From the NCBI GenBank assembly GCA_041695355.1, contig JBGFRB010000002.1, positions 25,962 to 89,961 of the forward strand: a DNA stretch of 64,000 bases, in the 5' to 3' direction. Positions 43,921 to 53,379 of this stretch are shown here, in pieces (the stretch's first letter is position 1; every line of letters begins with the position of its first letter). Made by a program: the position numbers and the translations under genes. This DNA comes from Bacillota bacterium (lineage in GTDB: Bacteria > Bacillota > Dethiobacteria > Dethiobacterales > Dethiobacteraceae). The notes under the pieces are model-generated. The model was not told the origin of the DNA, did no database searches, and worked only from the letters and a program-made list of their open reading frames with translations.

Positions 43921-44781
43921 ATGGCTTACGAGACAATCTGTTACGAAAAGGCAGGCAGGATTGCAACGGTGACTCTTAACCGCCCTGAAAAACTTAATGC
44001 AATTAGGCCGCCGATGCCGGAAGAAATTGAGAAGGCTTTGGCTTTGGCCAATGCTGACGATGAAGTTCGCGTGATAATAATGCAGGGAGCAGGAAAATCA
44101 TTTTGTGCCGGGTTTGATTTTTCGGAAAATCTGACGCATTTTGAGGGGTGGGGCATGGAAGAGGCTACGGTGAATTGGGATCCGGGCAGGGATTTAATGG
44201 GGGTGGTAAATCCTTTTACGGGGCCAATTCCTAATTTTATGAGCATCTGGCGTAGCAGCAAGCCTGTTATTGCAAAGGTCCACGGCTGGTGCGTGGGCGG
44301 AGGGTCGGAGATGGCATTACTCAGTGATATTGTGATTGCGGCAGACGATGCCAAGTTTGGTACGCCCTATGCAAGAGTGTGGGGATGCCACCTGACTGGG
44401 ATGTGGATTTACCGGCTTGGTTTGACCAGAGCCAAAATGTTTGCTTTGACAGGTGATTCTGTGAGCGGCAAAGAAGCTGCGGAGATAGGGCTGATCAACA
44501 GGTCTTACCCTGCAGATGAATTGGACGGGAAAGTGCGCTACTGGGCGGAACGAGTGTCGCTTATTCCCTCAAGCCAACTCGCGGCGATGAAACTGATAGT
44601 AAACCAAGCTTATGACAATATGGGCTTGCAGACAACACAGTACCTTGGGACAATCTTAGACGGCTGCATGCGCAATACTCCAGAAGGAAAGCAGTTTGTG
44701 CATACAGCCTTGGAAAAAGGAGTAAATGCTGCCGTGACTTTGCGCGACAGGCCGTTTGGCGATTACAGCCAGGGAAAATAG
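43921..44781 (+). CDS. enoyl-CoA hydratase/isomerase family protein (long form)
   Basis: IATVTLNRPEKLNA, FCAGFDF and VHGWCVGGGSE motifs. Confidence 0.85.
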   Translation: MAYETICYEKAGRIATVTLNRPEKLNAIRPPMPEEIEKALALANADDEVRVIIMQGAGKSFCAGFDFSENLTHFEGWGMEEATVNWDPGRDLMGVVNPFTGPIPNFMSIWRSSKPVIAKVHGWCVGGGSEMALLSDIVIAADDAKFGTPYARVWGCHLTGMWIYRLGLTRAKMFALTGDSVSGKEAAEIGLINRSYPADELDGKVRYWAERVSLIPSSQLAAMKLIVNQAYDNMGLQTTQYLGTILDGCMRNTPEGKQFVHTALEKGVNAAVTLRDRPFGDYSQGK

Positions 44782-44861
44782 CGCACTATTTGCCTTAACA
44801 AGACGTACCCCATTTATCGACATTTTCGGTCATTACAATTAGCTCAGAAATAATAAGGGGA

Positions 44862-45653
44862 GTGGGTATCTTGAAGACGGTGTTGTTTGAAGTGACGGGT
44901 AGCGTTGCCAGAATCACACTGAACCGGCCGGAGATGTTCAACGCTCTGAACGGGCTGATGGGAGAAGAACTGGCTCAGTCAGTTAAAAAATGTTTTGCAC
45001 CGGAAATTAGGGCTGTGGTACTGACCGGGGCGGGTAGGGCGTTCTGTTCGGGTGGAGACTTAAAGGCGATGCAGGAGGCGGGCAGGGAAAAGTTGCCGCA
45101 ACTCCTTAGCGATTTAACCAAACTGTTCCACCGCGTGATAATGGATATCCGGCTGCTGCCAAAGCCGGTGATAGCTGCCGTGAATGGCTCTCTGGGAGGC
45201 GGTGGGTTCAGCCTGGCTCTGGCTTGTGACCTGCGTTTCGCTGCGGAACAAGCCCGTTTTAAGCAAGCCTATACCAGTGCCGCGCTTTGTCCCGATGGCG
45301 GTTTTACCGCGTTCCTTCCGGTAATGGTCGGCCTTGCCAAAGCTTCTGAGCTTCTTTTCCTGGATTCTGTGCTTGACGCCCGGCAGGCGGCGGAACTAGG
45401 CATTGTCAATGAGGTGTTCAGTGAGGACGAGTTTCGGGAGAGGGTGGCTACCATTGCCTCAAATCTGGCCGCAGGGCCGACTCAATCTTTTGCCCGAGTT
45501 AAAGCTCTGCTTAATCAGTCTCTATTGACGCAACTCGAAAGACAACTTGAATTGGAGCGTCAAGGGATGATCGCAGCTAGTCGGACGGAGGATGCTTACG
45601 AGGGAATTGCGGCTTTTTTTGAAAAGCGCCCTCCAGCGTACCAGGGAAAGTAG
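44862..45653 (+). CDS. enoyl-CoA hydratase/isomerase family protein
   Basis: ARITLNRPEMFNAL, FCSGGDL and VNGSLGGGGFSLALACD motifs. The start codon is uncertain (GTG 44862 or TTG 44871). Confidence 0.85.
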   Translation: MGILKTVLFEVTGSVARITLNRPEMFNALNGLMGEELAQSVKKCFAPEIRAVVLTGAGRAFCSGGDLKAMQEAGREKLPQLLSDLTKLFHRVIMDIRLLPKPVIAAVNGSLGGGGFSLALACDLRFAAEQARFKQAYTSAALCPDGGFTAFLPVMVGLAKASELLFLDSVLDARQAAELGIVNEVFSEDEFRERVATIASNLAAGPTQSFARVKALLNQSLLTQLERQLELERQGMIAASRTEDAYEGIAAFFEKRPPAYQGK

Positions 45654-45785
45654 CGGAGCGTAAATTGCAGGAGTTATTTTTTTGTTGTCGAAGATTTAAC
45701 ACAGCAAATATTCTGATTTTTCAAAACTCTTAGATTTTGCTTGAATAACTGAAACGGAACAAGCTCCTGCAAAGGAGGGCAAGTC

Positions 45786-47924
45786 GTGCCCAAGGGCAAA
45801 GAAATTACAAAAATACAGGATATCATGACAACCGACTTCGTGCGGCTGCATCCCGATGATACTATTGAAAAGGCGATCCGTTCTTTTCGGTCAACTAGGC
45901 TTGAGGGTTTGCCCGTACTTGACAAGAAGGGCACACTCCTTGGCATCTTCACCAAGGCAAACCTCTACGACGCACTACTTCTGGGAATCGGCCTTGATAA
46001 AAGTATAGAACCATACTTCAACTTGCGTGTGGCGAAAATCAATGAAAACGTTTCTTATGAAGAGTTCATTTTCATAATCAAAAGCAGTCCCGTAGGGCTA
46101 GGCGTTGTGGTGGACGATTATGATCGTACGGTTGGCATGATCACAAAAGTCGATTTAATCCTAGCTGTTGTCCGTAAGGGAGAAATGCTAAACGCTGAGC
46201 TGCGTGCCATCTACAATACCATGCAAAGCGGCATCGTCTCATTTGACAAGCGGAGTATTATCACGTTCGTCAACAAGGCGGTTGAAAAAACTTTTGAGGT
46301 CAAAGAAAAAGATATTGTCGGCACGCTATTAGTTCAGCATTTCCCGGAACTGAACGTGGAGAAGCTGCTGGCCTGCGGAGAGACGGTTAATAGCGAAAAA
46401 TATGAATACCGGGGGAAAACGACCATTGTCAACGCCAACCCGATTATTGAGGAAGGCAGCATCGCTGGCGGCGTGGCTGTTTTTCAGGACATAACCGAGT
46501 TAGAAAGTGTGGCTATGGAACTGGAGGGAACGAAACGGCTGAACAAAACACTGGAAACGATCCTGGAGATGGCGTACGATGGGATTGTGGTTGTTGACGA
46601 GTACGGGAGAGTCATCCTTGTCAACCATGCCTTTCTTAACTTTTTTGGTATGAACCACGAGCAAATAGTGGGTAGAAAGCTTGAGAATTTTATTGAAAAC
46701 AGCCGCCTTCACCTTGTGGCGAAAACGGGCACTCCTGAACTCAATGATATTCAGTTTATTAAGGGCAAGCCGTATGTTGTCAGTCGCCTGCCAATCGTCA
46801 GGGATGGAAGGATTATCGGCGCCATCGGCAAGATTGTTTTCAGCAGGGTGGAGGAAGTGCAGGAGATAGCCCGCAAACTTGACGCCATGGCGAGTAAGCT
46901 TTCCTTTTACAAGAGCGAACTCAGTAAGTTTGCCAGGCATACTCCCGATATGGCAAGCTTTGACGATATAGTGACAATCAACACGGTGTTTATCAAACTT
47001 AAGCAGGAGGCTTACCGGGTTTCCCAGGGTAACTCAACAATTCTTCTTACCGGAGAAAGTGGCACCGGCAAGGAACTGTTCGCGCAGGCGATTCACCTGA
47101 GCAGCCCGCGCCGCAAAGGTCCTTTCATTAAGGTAAACTGTGCTGCGGTCCCGGAAAATCTACTGGAAAGTGAATTTTTTGGTTACATGCCCGGGGCTTT
47201 TACCGGCGCTCACAGGGAGGGGAAACCGGGAAAATTTGAACTTGCCGACGGTGGTACGATATTCCTGGATGAAATCGGCGATATGCCTCTGTCACTGCAA
47301 GCAAAAATCTTGCGTGTCCTGCAGGACAGAACCGTGGAGAGGTTGGGTGCCACCAAGTCAAAAAAGGTGGATGTCCGCGTTGTCGCTGCCACCAATCAAA
47401 ACCTGGAGAGAAAGTTCAGGGATGGAAATTTCCGGGAAGACCTTTACTACCGGCTAAACGTTATTTCCCTGGAGCTGCCTCCTTTGCGGGAAAGAAAAGA
47501 AGACATAATCCCTCTTTCCTATGTTTTTTTGCAAAAATACAATCACATCTTCTCCCTGAATATTAAGGAACTATCGCCTCAGGCTATGTTCATACTACAG
47601 AATTACGACTGGCCCGGCAACGTTCGTGAATTGGAAAATGTGATTGAGAGGGCTGTTAACTTTGCGAGTCAGGAAATTATTGAGGAAAGCCATCTTCCGG
47701 CAAAGCTGTTCCCGGGACAGGAACCGTCCGCTGATCAGCCCGGTGAAGGAGAAACAGGGACGCGAGTAAATGTAGATATTTTTGAAAAAAAGGTCAACGA
47801 AGCGGAACACGAGATTATCCTCTCCGCACTCCGAGCTGCAGGAGGGAATAAAAGTAAAGCTGCGGCGCTTCTGGGGAAAAGCCGCTCTTGGCTATACGAC
47901 AGGTTAAGGAAAACAGACCTTTAA
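45786..47924 (+). CDS. sigma-54-dependent transcriptional activator with a CBS pair, PAS domains, an AAA+ domain and a Fis-type HTH
   Basis: CBS-like N-terminus ([19 protein letters not shown]...GLPVLD). [28 protein letters not shown], and the C-terminal [15 protein letters not shown]. Confidence 0.88.
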   Translation: MPKGKEITKIQDIMTTDFVRLHPDDTIEKAIRSFRSTRLEGLPVLDKKGTLLGIFTKANLYDALLLGIGLDKSIEPYFNLRVAKINENVSYEEFIFIIKSSPVGLGVVVDDYDRTVGMITKVDLILAVVRKGEMLNAELRAIYNTMQSGIVSFDKRSIITFVNKAVEKTFEVKEKDIVGTLLVQHFPELNVEKLLACGETVNSEKYEYRGKTTIVNANPIIEEGSIAGGVAVFQDITELESVAMELEGTKRLNKTLETILEMAYDGIVVVDEYGRVILVNHAFLNFFGMNHEQIVGRKLENFIENSRLHLVAKTGTPELNDIQFIKGKPYVVSRLPIVRDGRIIGAIGKIVFSRVEEVQEIARKLDAMASKLSFYKSELSKFARHTPDMASFDDIVTINTVFIKLKQEAYRVSQGNSTILLTGESGTGKELFAQAIHLSSPRRKGPFIKVNCAAVPENLLESEFFGYMPGAFTGAHREGKPGKFELADGGTIFLDEIGDMPLSLQAKILRVLQDRTVERLGATKSKKVDVRVVAATNQNLERKFRDGNFREDLYYRLNVISLELPPLRERKEDIIPLSYVFLQKYNHIFSLNIKELSPQAMFILQNYDWPGNVRELENVIERAVNFASQEIIEESHLPAKLFPGQEPSADQPGEGETGTRVNVDIFEKKVNEAEHEIILSALRAAGGNKSKAAALLGKSRSWLYDRLRKTDL

Positions 47925-47944
47925 ATTGGCTTAACGGAAGTGTC

Positions 47945-47989
47945 AGAATATTTGTACACATGAAACCGATTGTGCAGAAATATGTACAC
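47945..47989 (+). promoter_or_regulatory. candidate enhancer (UAS): two AGAA(T)AT(T)TGTACAC repeats
   Basis: Palindromic TGTACA cores at 47953-58 and 47983-88, 30 bp apart and 65-100 bp upstream of the -24/-12 element. Confidence 0.4.
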
Positions 47990-48053
47990 CCGCGCTGACC
48001 GTCGGGCTACAACAGAGCCTATCGGGCAGGCTTAATATGTTGTTTTTCAAGGC

Positions 48054-48069
48054 TGGTATGTTTCTTGCA
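48054..48069 (+). promoter_or_regulatory. sigma-54 (-24/-12) promoter TGGTATGTTTCTTGCA
   Basis: Fits TGGCAC-N5-TTGCW at the invariant GG and GC positions with correct spacing. It lies 46 nt upstream of the atuA-like gene and directly downstream of the activator gene. Confidence 0.65.
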
Positions 48070-48114
48070 TTGTAATTTAAGACAGGTGAATCCAGCCGGA
48101 GGAGAGATGGAAAT

Positions 48115-49482
48115 TTGAAAACGGTACGGATAGGAGCAGGCCAGGGGTTTCTGGGAGACAGCCCCTTCCCTGCGCTGGATGTGGTGCGATACGGCGGTGT
48201 CAGTTATTTATGCTGTGATGCGTTGGCCGAACTTACCTTGGCAATTCTGCAGAAATTGAGAACGCGCGGAGCCGGCGCCGGCTGGACACCAGACCTCAGG
48301 ACTTATATGAATCTTTTGCTGGAGGAATGCAGACAGCGCAATATCCGAATCATCACTTCAGCCGGAGGCCTCAACCCCCGGGGAGCAGCGACAGAAATAG
48401 CAGAGGCGGCCAGAGTGCTGGGTATTCGGGGCCTGCGTGTCGGGATAGTGGAAGGTGATAATATCAGCGGCTGTCTGGATGATCTTATACAGCGGGGCAT
48501 CTCGCTGGACAATCTGGAGACAGGAGAGCCTTTCTCGTCCCTGAACAGGGAAGAGGTACTTTTCGCTAACGTTTATCTTGGCGCCGGGCCGATTGTTGAA
48601 GCCCTGAACAAAGGCGCCGACGTAGTTGTTACCGGGCGCTGTGCGGACACAGCACTGTTTCTTGCGCCGCTTATTCATGAATTCGGCTGGTCAATGACCG
48701 ACTGGAACCGCCTCGCTGCCGGAGTCGTGGTGGGGCATTTATTGGAATGTTCGGCGCAATCGACCGGTGGAAATTTCAGTGGCGAGTGGTGGAATGTCCC
48801 GGATATGCACCGTCCGGGGTACCCTATCGCCGAAGTAGATGAAGACGGCAATGCCGTACTGACCAAGCCTGAACAATGCGGCGGCTTGGTTACCCGGGAA
48901 ACGGTGGCCGAGCAGCTTGTCTACGAGGTGCATGACCCGGCTCGATACCTGACACCGGACGTGACGGCCGACTTCACCAGCGTACGATTGGAGGACTTGG
49001 GCGACAACCGCGTTGCCGTGACGGAAGTCAGGGGAGGTCCCCGACCTGAAAAATTGAAGGTTTCTATCGGATACGGGAGTGGCTGGTGCGGTGAAATGAC
49101 TGTGCGCTACGCTTGGCCCGATGCTTTGCAGAAAGCGCACAAAGCCGAGGAGATTATCCGCAGGCAAATGGCCTTGCTGCAGATCAAGCCGCAGGAAATG
49201 ATTGTGGAATATTTGGGTGTTAACTCTTTGCTTGGGCCCGCGGCCGACGGGCGGTCTGAGGACCTGGACGAGGTGGGCCTGCGCATGGCCATCAGGACCA
49301 GGAATCGCAGGGAGGCGGAGTTGTTCCCCCGTCTTTTCCCGCCGCTTGCCCTGAGTGGCCCGCCGGGCCTTGGAGCAGGTAGTTTCGGCGACAATCGGGC
49401 GCGCGAATTGGTCTGCCTCTGGTCCGCCCTTGTTCCAAGGGAAGAAATTAAGCCGGTAGTGGAAGTTCTGGAGGTGGATTAA
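48115..49482 (+). CDS. AtuA-family protein (DUF1446, acyclic terpene utilisation-like)
   Basis: The VRIGAGQGF N-terminus and overall pattern resemble AtuA from memory. It is followed by the usual small DUF4387-like partner. Confidence 0.65.
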   Translation: MKTVRIGAGQGFLGDSPFPALDVVRYGGVSYLCCDALAELTLAILQKLRTRGAGAGWTPDLRTYMNLLLEECRQRNIRIITSAGGLNPRGAATEIAEAARVLGIRGLRVGIVEGDNISGCLDDLIQRGISLDNLETGEPFSSLNREEVLFANVYLGAGPIVEALNKGADVVVTGRCADTALFLAPLIHEFGWSMTDWNRLAAGVVVGHLLECSAQSTGGNFSGEWWNVPDMHRPGYPIAEVDEDGNAVLTKPEQCGGLVTRETVAEQLVYEVHDPARYLTPDVTADFTSVRLEDLGDNRVAVTEVRGGPRPEKLKVSIGYGSGWCGEMTVRYAWPDALQKAHKAEEIIRRQMALLQIKPQEMIVEYLGVNSLLGPAADGRSEDLDEVGLRMAIRTRNRREAELFPRLFPPLALSGPPGLGAGSFGDNRARELVCLWSALVPREEIKPVVEVLEVD

Positions 49483-49815
49483 ATGGCAATGAAAATCCGG
49501 CTTAAAGAACTGGCGCGAAGTAGGTCAGGCGATAAGGGAAATACATGCAACATTGGTCTAATTGCAAAAAAATCGCAATATTACCCCGTGTTGCTGCGAG
49601 AGGTTACGGCAGATAAGGTAAAAGATCACTTCGGTGACTTTGTCAGGGGTAAAGTGGTTAGGTACGAAATGGTTAACATTGATGCGCTGAACTTTGTACT
49701 GTACGAGGCTTTGAACGGCGGCGCAGCCAGCTCCATACGCAGCGACAACTTGGGCAAGTGTTTCGGTAGCGCGTTGCTGAAAATGTGGGTGGAAGTTGAC
49801 GAGAACGAACTTTAA
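49483..49815 (+). CDS. small AtuA-associated protein (DUF4387-like)
   Basis: 110 aa with an SRSGDKGN motif. Its ATG immediately follows the atuA-like stop. Confidence 0.55.
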   Translation: MAMKIRLKELARSRSGDKGNTCNIGLIAKKSQYYPVLLREVTADKVKDHFGDFVRGKVVRYEMVNIDALNFVLYEALNGGAASSIRSDNLGKCFGSALLKMWVEVDENEL

Positions 49816-49833
49816 TCCGGGGAGGTATGGACT

Positions 49834-50616
49834 TTGCACGAAGATATTTTATATGAAAAAACAGACAGGGTGGCAATAGTAACTTTGAACCGTCCACAGG
49901 TAAGAAACGCGCTAAGCAACAGGATGGTGATGGAAATGATTGCCGCGCTTAATGAGGCGGACAGCGATGAAGGAGTCGGCGCCATCGTTATCAGAGGCAG
50001 CGGCAAAGCTTTTTGTGCCGGGGGTGATATCGGGGAGTTTGCCGCCGTTGTACAAAAAGACCCGGTTGAGGTTTATCTGGAGGGCGTTGAAACGACAGAG
50101 CTGTTTCAACTGGGAGACATTGTAAAAAAGCCGCTGGTCGCCGCTGTAAACGGCTTGGCTATGGGTGGTGGTGTGGGCCTGACGGCCATGTGCCATATTG
50201 CTATCGCTGCGGAAGATGCCCGGTTCGGCCTGACGGAAATTAACCTGGGGTTTTTCCCCTTTGTAATCATGCCGCTGGTGGTCAGAGCTATCGGCTATCG
50301 CAAAGCGCTTGAACTGAGCCTGACCGGAGAACAATTTAGTGCGGCCGCAGCAAAGGATATGGGCCTAGTTAGCGATACTGTACCGGCAGGGGAACTGGAA
50401 GAAAAAGCCTTCAATCTTGCCGCCGGACTCGCTGGAAGGAGTCCCCTTGCGCTTAGGATGGGCCTCTTCTCTGCGTTGCAGGCGGAGAAAATGCCGGTGC
50501 CTGAAGCCACGGCTTATCTGAATATCCTGCGCACCATATCTTTTAAAAGTGCCGACCTGGCTGAAGGCGCCCGGGCTTTTCTGGAAAAAAGACAGCCCGT
50601 TTGGCAAGGCAAGTAG
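49834..50616 (+). CDS. enoyl-CoA hydratase/isomerase family protein
   Basis: VAIVTLNRPQVRNAL, FCAGGDI and VNGLAMGGGVGL motifs. Confidence 0.85.
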   Translation: MHEDILYEKTDRVAIVTLNRPQVRNALSNRMVMEMIAALNEADSDEGVGAIVIRGSGKAFCAGGDIGEFAAVVQKDPVEVYLEGVETTELFQLGDIVKKPLVAAVNGLAMGGGVGLTAMCHIAIAAEDARFGLTEINLGFFPFVIMPLVVRAIGYRKALELSLTGEQFSAAAAKDMGLVSDTVPAGELEEKAFNLAAGLAGRSPLALRMGLFSALQAEKMPVPEATAYLNILRTISFKSADLAEGARAFLEKRQPVWQGK

Positions 50617-50639
50617 ACTACAGGAGAGGTGAGAGAGGA

Positions 50640-50852
50640 ATGAAGGCGGTTTGTTCAAACATCGACGGCGTGATAGCCGAGGTTAAAGTCAGCGTGGGTG
50701 ACGTTATCGTACGTGGGCAAGAAGTGGTCAATGTAGAGTCAATGAAAAGCATCATTTCCGTGGTCAGCGAAATAGGAGGCGTGGTCAAGGAAATTAAGGT
50801 AACCGAGGGTGATTTTATCAGCGAGGATGACCCTCTCATTTTCTTGGAGTAG
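50640..50852 (+). CDS. minimal biotin carboxyl carrier protein (biotinyl domain only, 70 aa)
   Basis: Biotinyl-lysine context VESMKSI inside a lipoyl-like fold (GVIAEVKVSVGDVI...GVVKEIKV). ATG at 50640 follows GAGAGGTGAGAGAGGA. Confidence 0.7.
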   Translation: MKAVCSNIDGVIAEVKVSVGDVIVRGQEVVNVESMKSIISVVSEIGGVVKEIKVTEGDFISEDDPLIFLE

Positions 50853-50861
50853 CGAGAAACG

Positions 50862-52199
50862 ATGTTTAAGAAAATTCTCATTGCCAACAGAGGTGAAATA
50901 GCCGTCAGGGTTGCCAGGACATGCAGACGGCTTGGCATTGCGGTTGTCGCCGTCTATTCAGATGCCGATGCAACTGCCCTTCATGTCCAAACCGCTGACG
51001 AAGCCTATCCTCTTGGTGAGCCTCCGGTTTCAAAAAGCTACCTGAATGCGGAGAAAATTATCCGGGCCGCCCTGGAAAGCGGCGCAGAAGCTATTCACCC
51101 GGGTTATGGTCTGCTGTCGGAAAACCCACAGTTCGCCCGACTTTGCCGGGAAAACAAACTGACTTTTATTGGCCCTTCACCGGAGGCTATTGAACTGATG
51201 GGAGACAAACTGGCCGCTCGCAGGCTGCTGGTCAGCAAAGGGGTGCCTGTGGTTCCCGGATACAACGAACCGCTGTCGAATGAGGAAGAGGCGCTGCAAA
51301 CGGCCGCGGAACTGGGCTACCCGGTGATGCTGAAAGCCGCTGCGGGCGGTGGTGGTATAGGTATGGCCTCTGTACACGGTCCTGATGAACTGGTACGGCT
51401 TTACAAAGAGTGCTGTTTCCGGGCCAAGTCCAGTTTTGGCAATGAAACTGTCTACTTGGAAAAGCTGGTCATCAACCCGAGGCATATCGAAGTGCAGATT
51501 CTGGGTGACAAAAGCGGGACCATAATCCACCTGTATGAAAGGGAATGCTCTGTGCAGCGCAGGCATCAGAAGATTATCGAAGAGGCTCCTTCGCCTTTTG
51601 TTGATGACCTGCTACGTGAAAAGTTGGTGCAGGCGGCCGTGCGCTCTGCCGAGGCAATCGGCTATGAAAACGCGGGCACGGTGGAATTCATCGTAGGGGA
51701 GGACAGAGAACCATATTTCCTGGAGATGAATACTCGACTACAGGTTGAGCACCCGGTCACGGAGATGATTACAGGTTTGGATTTGGTTCATGAGCAACTG
51801 AAAATCGCCTGCGGGGGACTTCTGTCTGGAAAGGATATGCCCAAGCCCAAGGGGTGGGCTGTGGAGTGCCGGGTATATGCTGAAGACCCGGAAACGCTTC
51901 GCCCTTCACCAGGGCTGATCACTGACCTGTCTCTGCCGGAAGCGGATGGGCTCCGCATAGACCACGGGCTGCTGCCGGGATATAAGGTATCCGCGTTTTA
52001 CGACCCGCTCTTGGCCAAGGAGATAACTTGGGGTGAAAACAGGGAACAGGCTTTGGGAAAGATGACCGTTGCCCTGATGAAAACACGGATTGACGGGATT
52101 AAGACCAACATCCCGTTGCTTTTGAAAATTCTTGGTGACAGCCGATTTCGTGCCGGAGCCTACGATACCAATTTGGTGTCCCGCCTATTAGTGCCATAA
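50862..52199 (+). CDS. accC: biotin carboxylase subunit of an acyl-CoA carboxylase
   Basis: KILIANRGEIAVR, GYPVMLKAAAGGGGIGM and EMNTRLQVEHPVTE motifs. Confidence 0.9.
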   Translation: MFKKILIANRGEIAVRVARTCRRLGIAVVAVYSDADATALHVQTADEAYPLGEPPVSKSYLNAEKIIRAALESGAEAIHPGYGLLSENPQFARLCRENKLTFIGPSPEAIELMGDKLAARRLLVSKGVPVVPGYNEPLSNEEEALQTAAELGYPVMLKAAAGGGGIGMASVHGPDELVRLYKECCFRAKSSFGNETVYLEKLVINPRHIEVQILGDKSGTIIHLYERECSVQRRHQKIIEEAPSPFVDDLLREKLVQAAVRSAEAIGYENAGTVEFIVGEDREPYFLEMNTRLQVEHPVTEMITGLDLVHEQLKIACGGLLSGKDMPKPKGWAVECRVYAEDPETLRPSPGLITDLSLPEADGLRIDHGLLPGYKVSAFYDPLLAKEITWGENREQALGKMTVALMKTRIDGIKTNIPLLLKILGDSRFRAGAYDTNLVSRLLVP

Positions 52200-52222
52200 A
52201 TCAGTTTCAGGGAGGTCGAAAA

Positions 52223-53365
52223 ATGAGCATTTATTTTACAAAGGAACATGAGGCAATCCGTAAAGTTGTTCGCGAGTTTGTGGAAAAAGAAGCAGCGCCT
52301 TTTGTGGAGGAGTGGGAAGAGGCAGGGGAATTTCCCCGGGAAATATTCAAGAGGCTGGGAGACCTGGGGATATTGGGCATCCGTTGTCCCGAGAAGTACG
52401 GCGGCAGCGAAGCCGACTATTTCAGTTCTTTGGTGATTGGCGAGGAACTAGCCCGCTGCGGTGCTGGCGGCATGCCCATGGGAGTAGAGGTGCAGATGGA
52501 GATGGTCATCCCGACCATTTTACAGTTCGGGAACGAGGAACAGCTTGATAAGTACCTGACGCCAGCGGTGAAAGGGGACATCATCACGGCACTGGCCATC
52601 ACTGAACCGAACGCGGGTTCCGATGTGGCCGGAATTCAGACATATGCCGTGCGGGATGGTGACCACTGGGTGCTGAACGGCAGTAAGATGTTCATCACCA
52701 ATGGCACCAGGGCCGATGTGGTCATAGTTGTGGCAAAAACCGAGCGGGCGAAAGGCTACCAGGGAGTGACGCTTTTCCTGGTGGAAAAGGGCACACCTGG
52801 GTTTACCGTCTCCAAAAAGCTGGATAAGCTAGGCATGCGCAGTTCTGACACAGCCGAGTTAAGTTTCAGCGACTGCCGTATCCCCCACGGCAATGTACTC
52901 GGCAAGGTGGGCCAGGGCTTCTACCATATCATGTGGGAGCTGCAGGGCGAAAGAATCATTGCCGCCGCCAGCGCCGTTGCCTTTGCCCAGCAATGCCTGG
53001 AAATGGGCATCCGTTATGCGCAGGAAAGAATCCAGTTTGAAAGACCCATCGCCAAGTTTCAGGTGATTCGCCACCGCTTTGCTGAACTGGCGGCTCAGAT
53101 TGAGGCCGTGCGCCAACTGGTCTACCATATCGGCTATCGTGTGCAGAACAAGGATTACCCGGTAAAAGAAATCTCCATGTGCAAGTTGTTGTCCTCTAGG
53201 GTGGCCTTTGACACGGCTGATTTTGTCCTGCAGGTTCACGGCGGATATGGTTACATGACAGAGTATCCCATCCAGCGGATCTGGCGTGATGTCAGGCTTT
53301 ACAGGATCGGCGCCGGCACGGATGAAATCATGAACGAAATCATCGCCAAGCAACTAAATATTTAG
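52223..53365 (+). CDS. acyl-CoA dehydrogenase (isovaleryl/short-branched type by context)
   Basis: TEPNAGSDV and QVHGGYGYMTEYPIQRIWRDVR motifs. It sits between the carboxylase subunits. Confidence 0.85.
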   Translation: MSIYFTKEHEAIRKVVREFVEKEAAPFVEEWEEAGEFPREIFKRLGDLGILGIRCPEKYGGSEADYFSSLVIGEELARCGAGGMPMGVEVQMEMVIPTILQFGNEEQLDKYLTPAVKGDIITALAITEPNAGSDVAGIQTYAVRDGDHWVLNGSKMFITNGTRADVVIVVAKTERAKGYQGVTLFLVEKGTPGFTVSKKLDKLGMRSSDTAELSFSDCRIPHGNVLGKVGQGFYHIMWELQGERIIAAASAVAFAQQCLEMGIRYAQERIQFERPIAKFQVIRHRFAELAAQIEAVRQLVYHIGYRVQNKDYPVKEISMCKLLSSRVAFDTADFVLQVHGGYGYMTEYPIQRIWRDVRLYRIGAGTDEIMNEIIAKQLNI

Positions 53366-53379
53366 AAGGGAGCGTCGAT

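Noticed and set aside
45674-45955. 93-aa minus-strand ORF spanning the promoter region and 5' end of the sigma-54 activator gene.
   Set aside because: It has no RBS and no motif, and it overlaps the well-supported CBS-domain N-terminus on the other strand.
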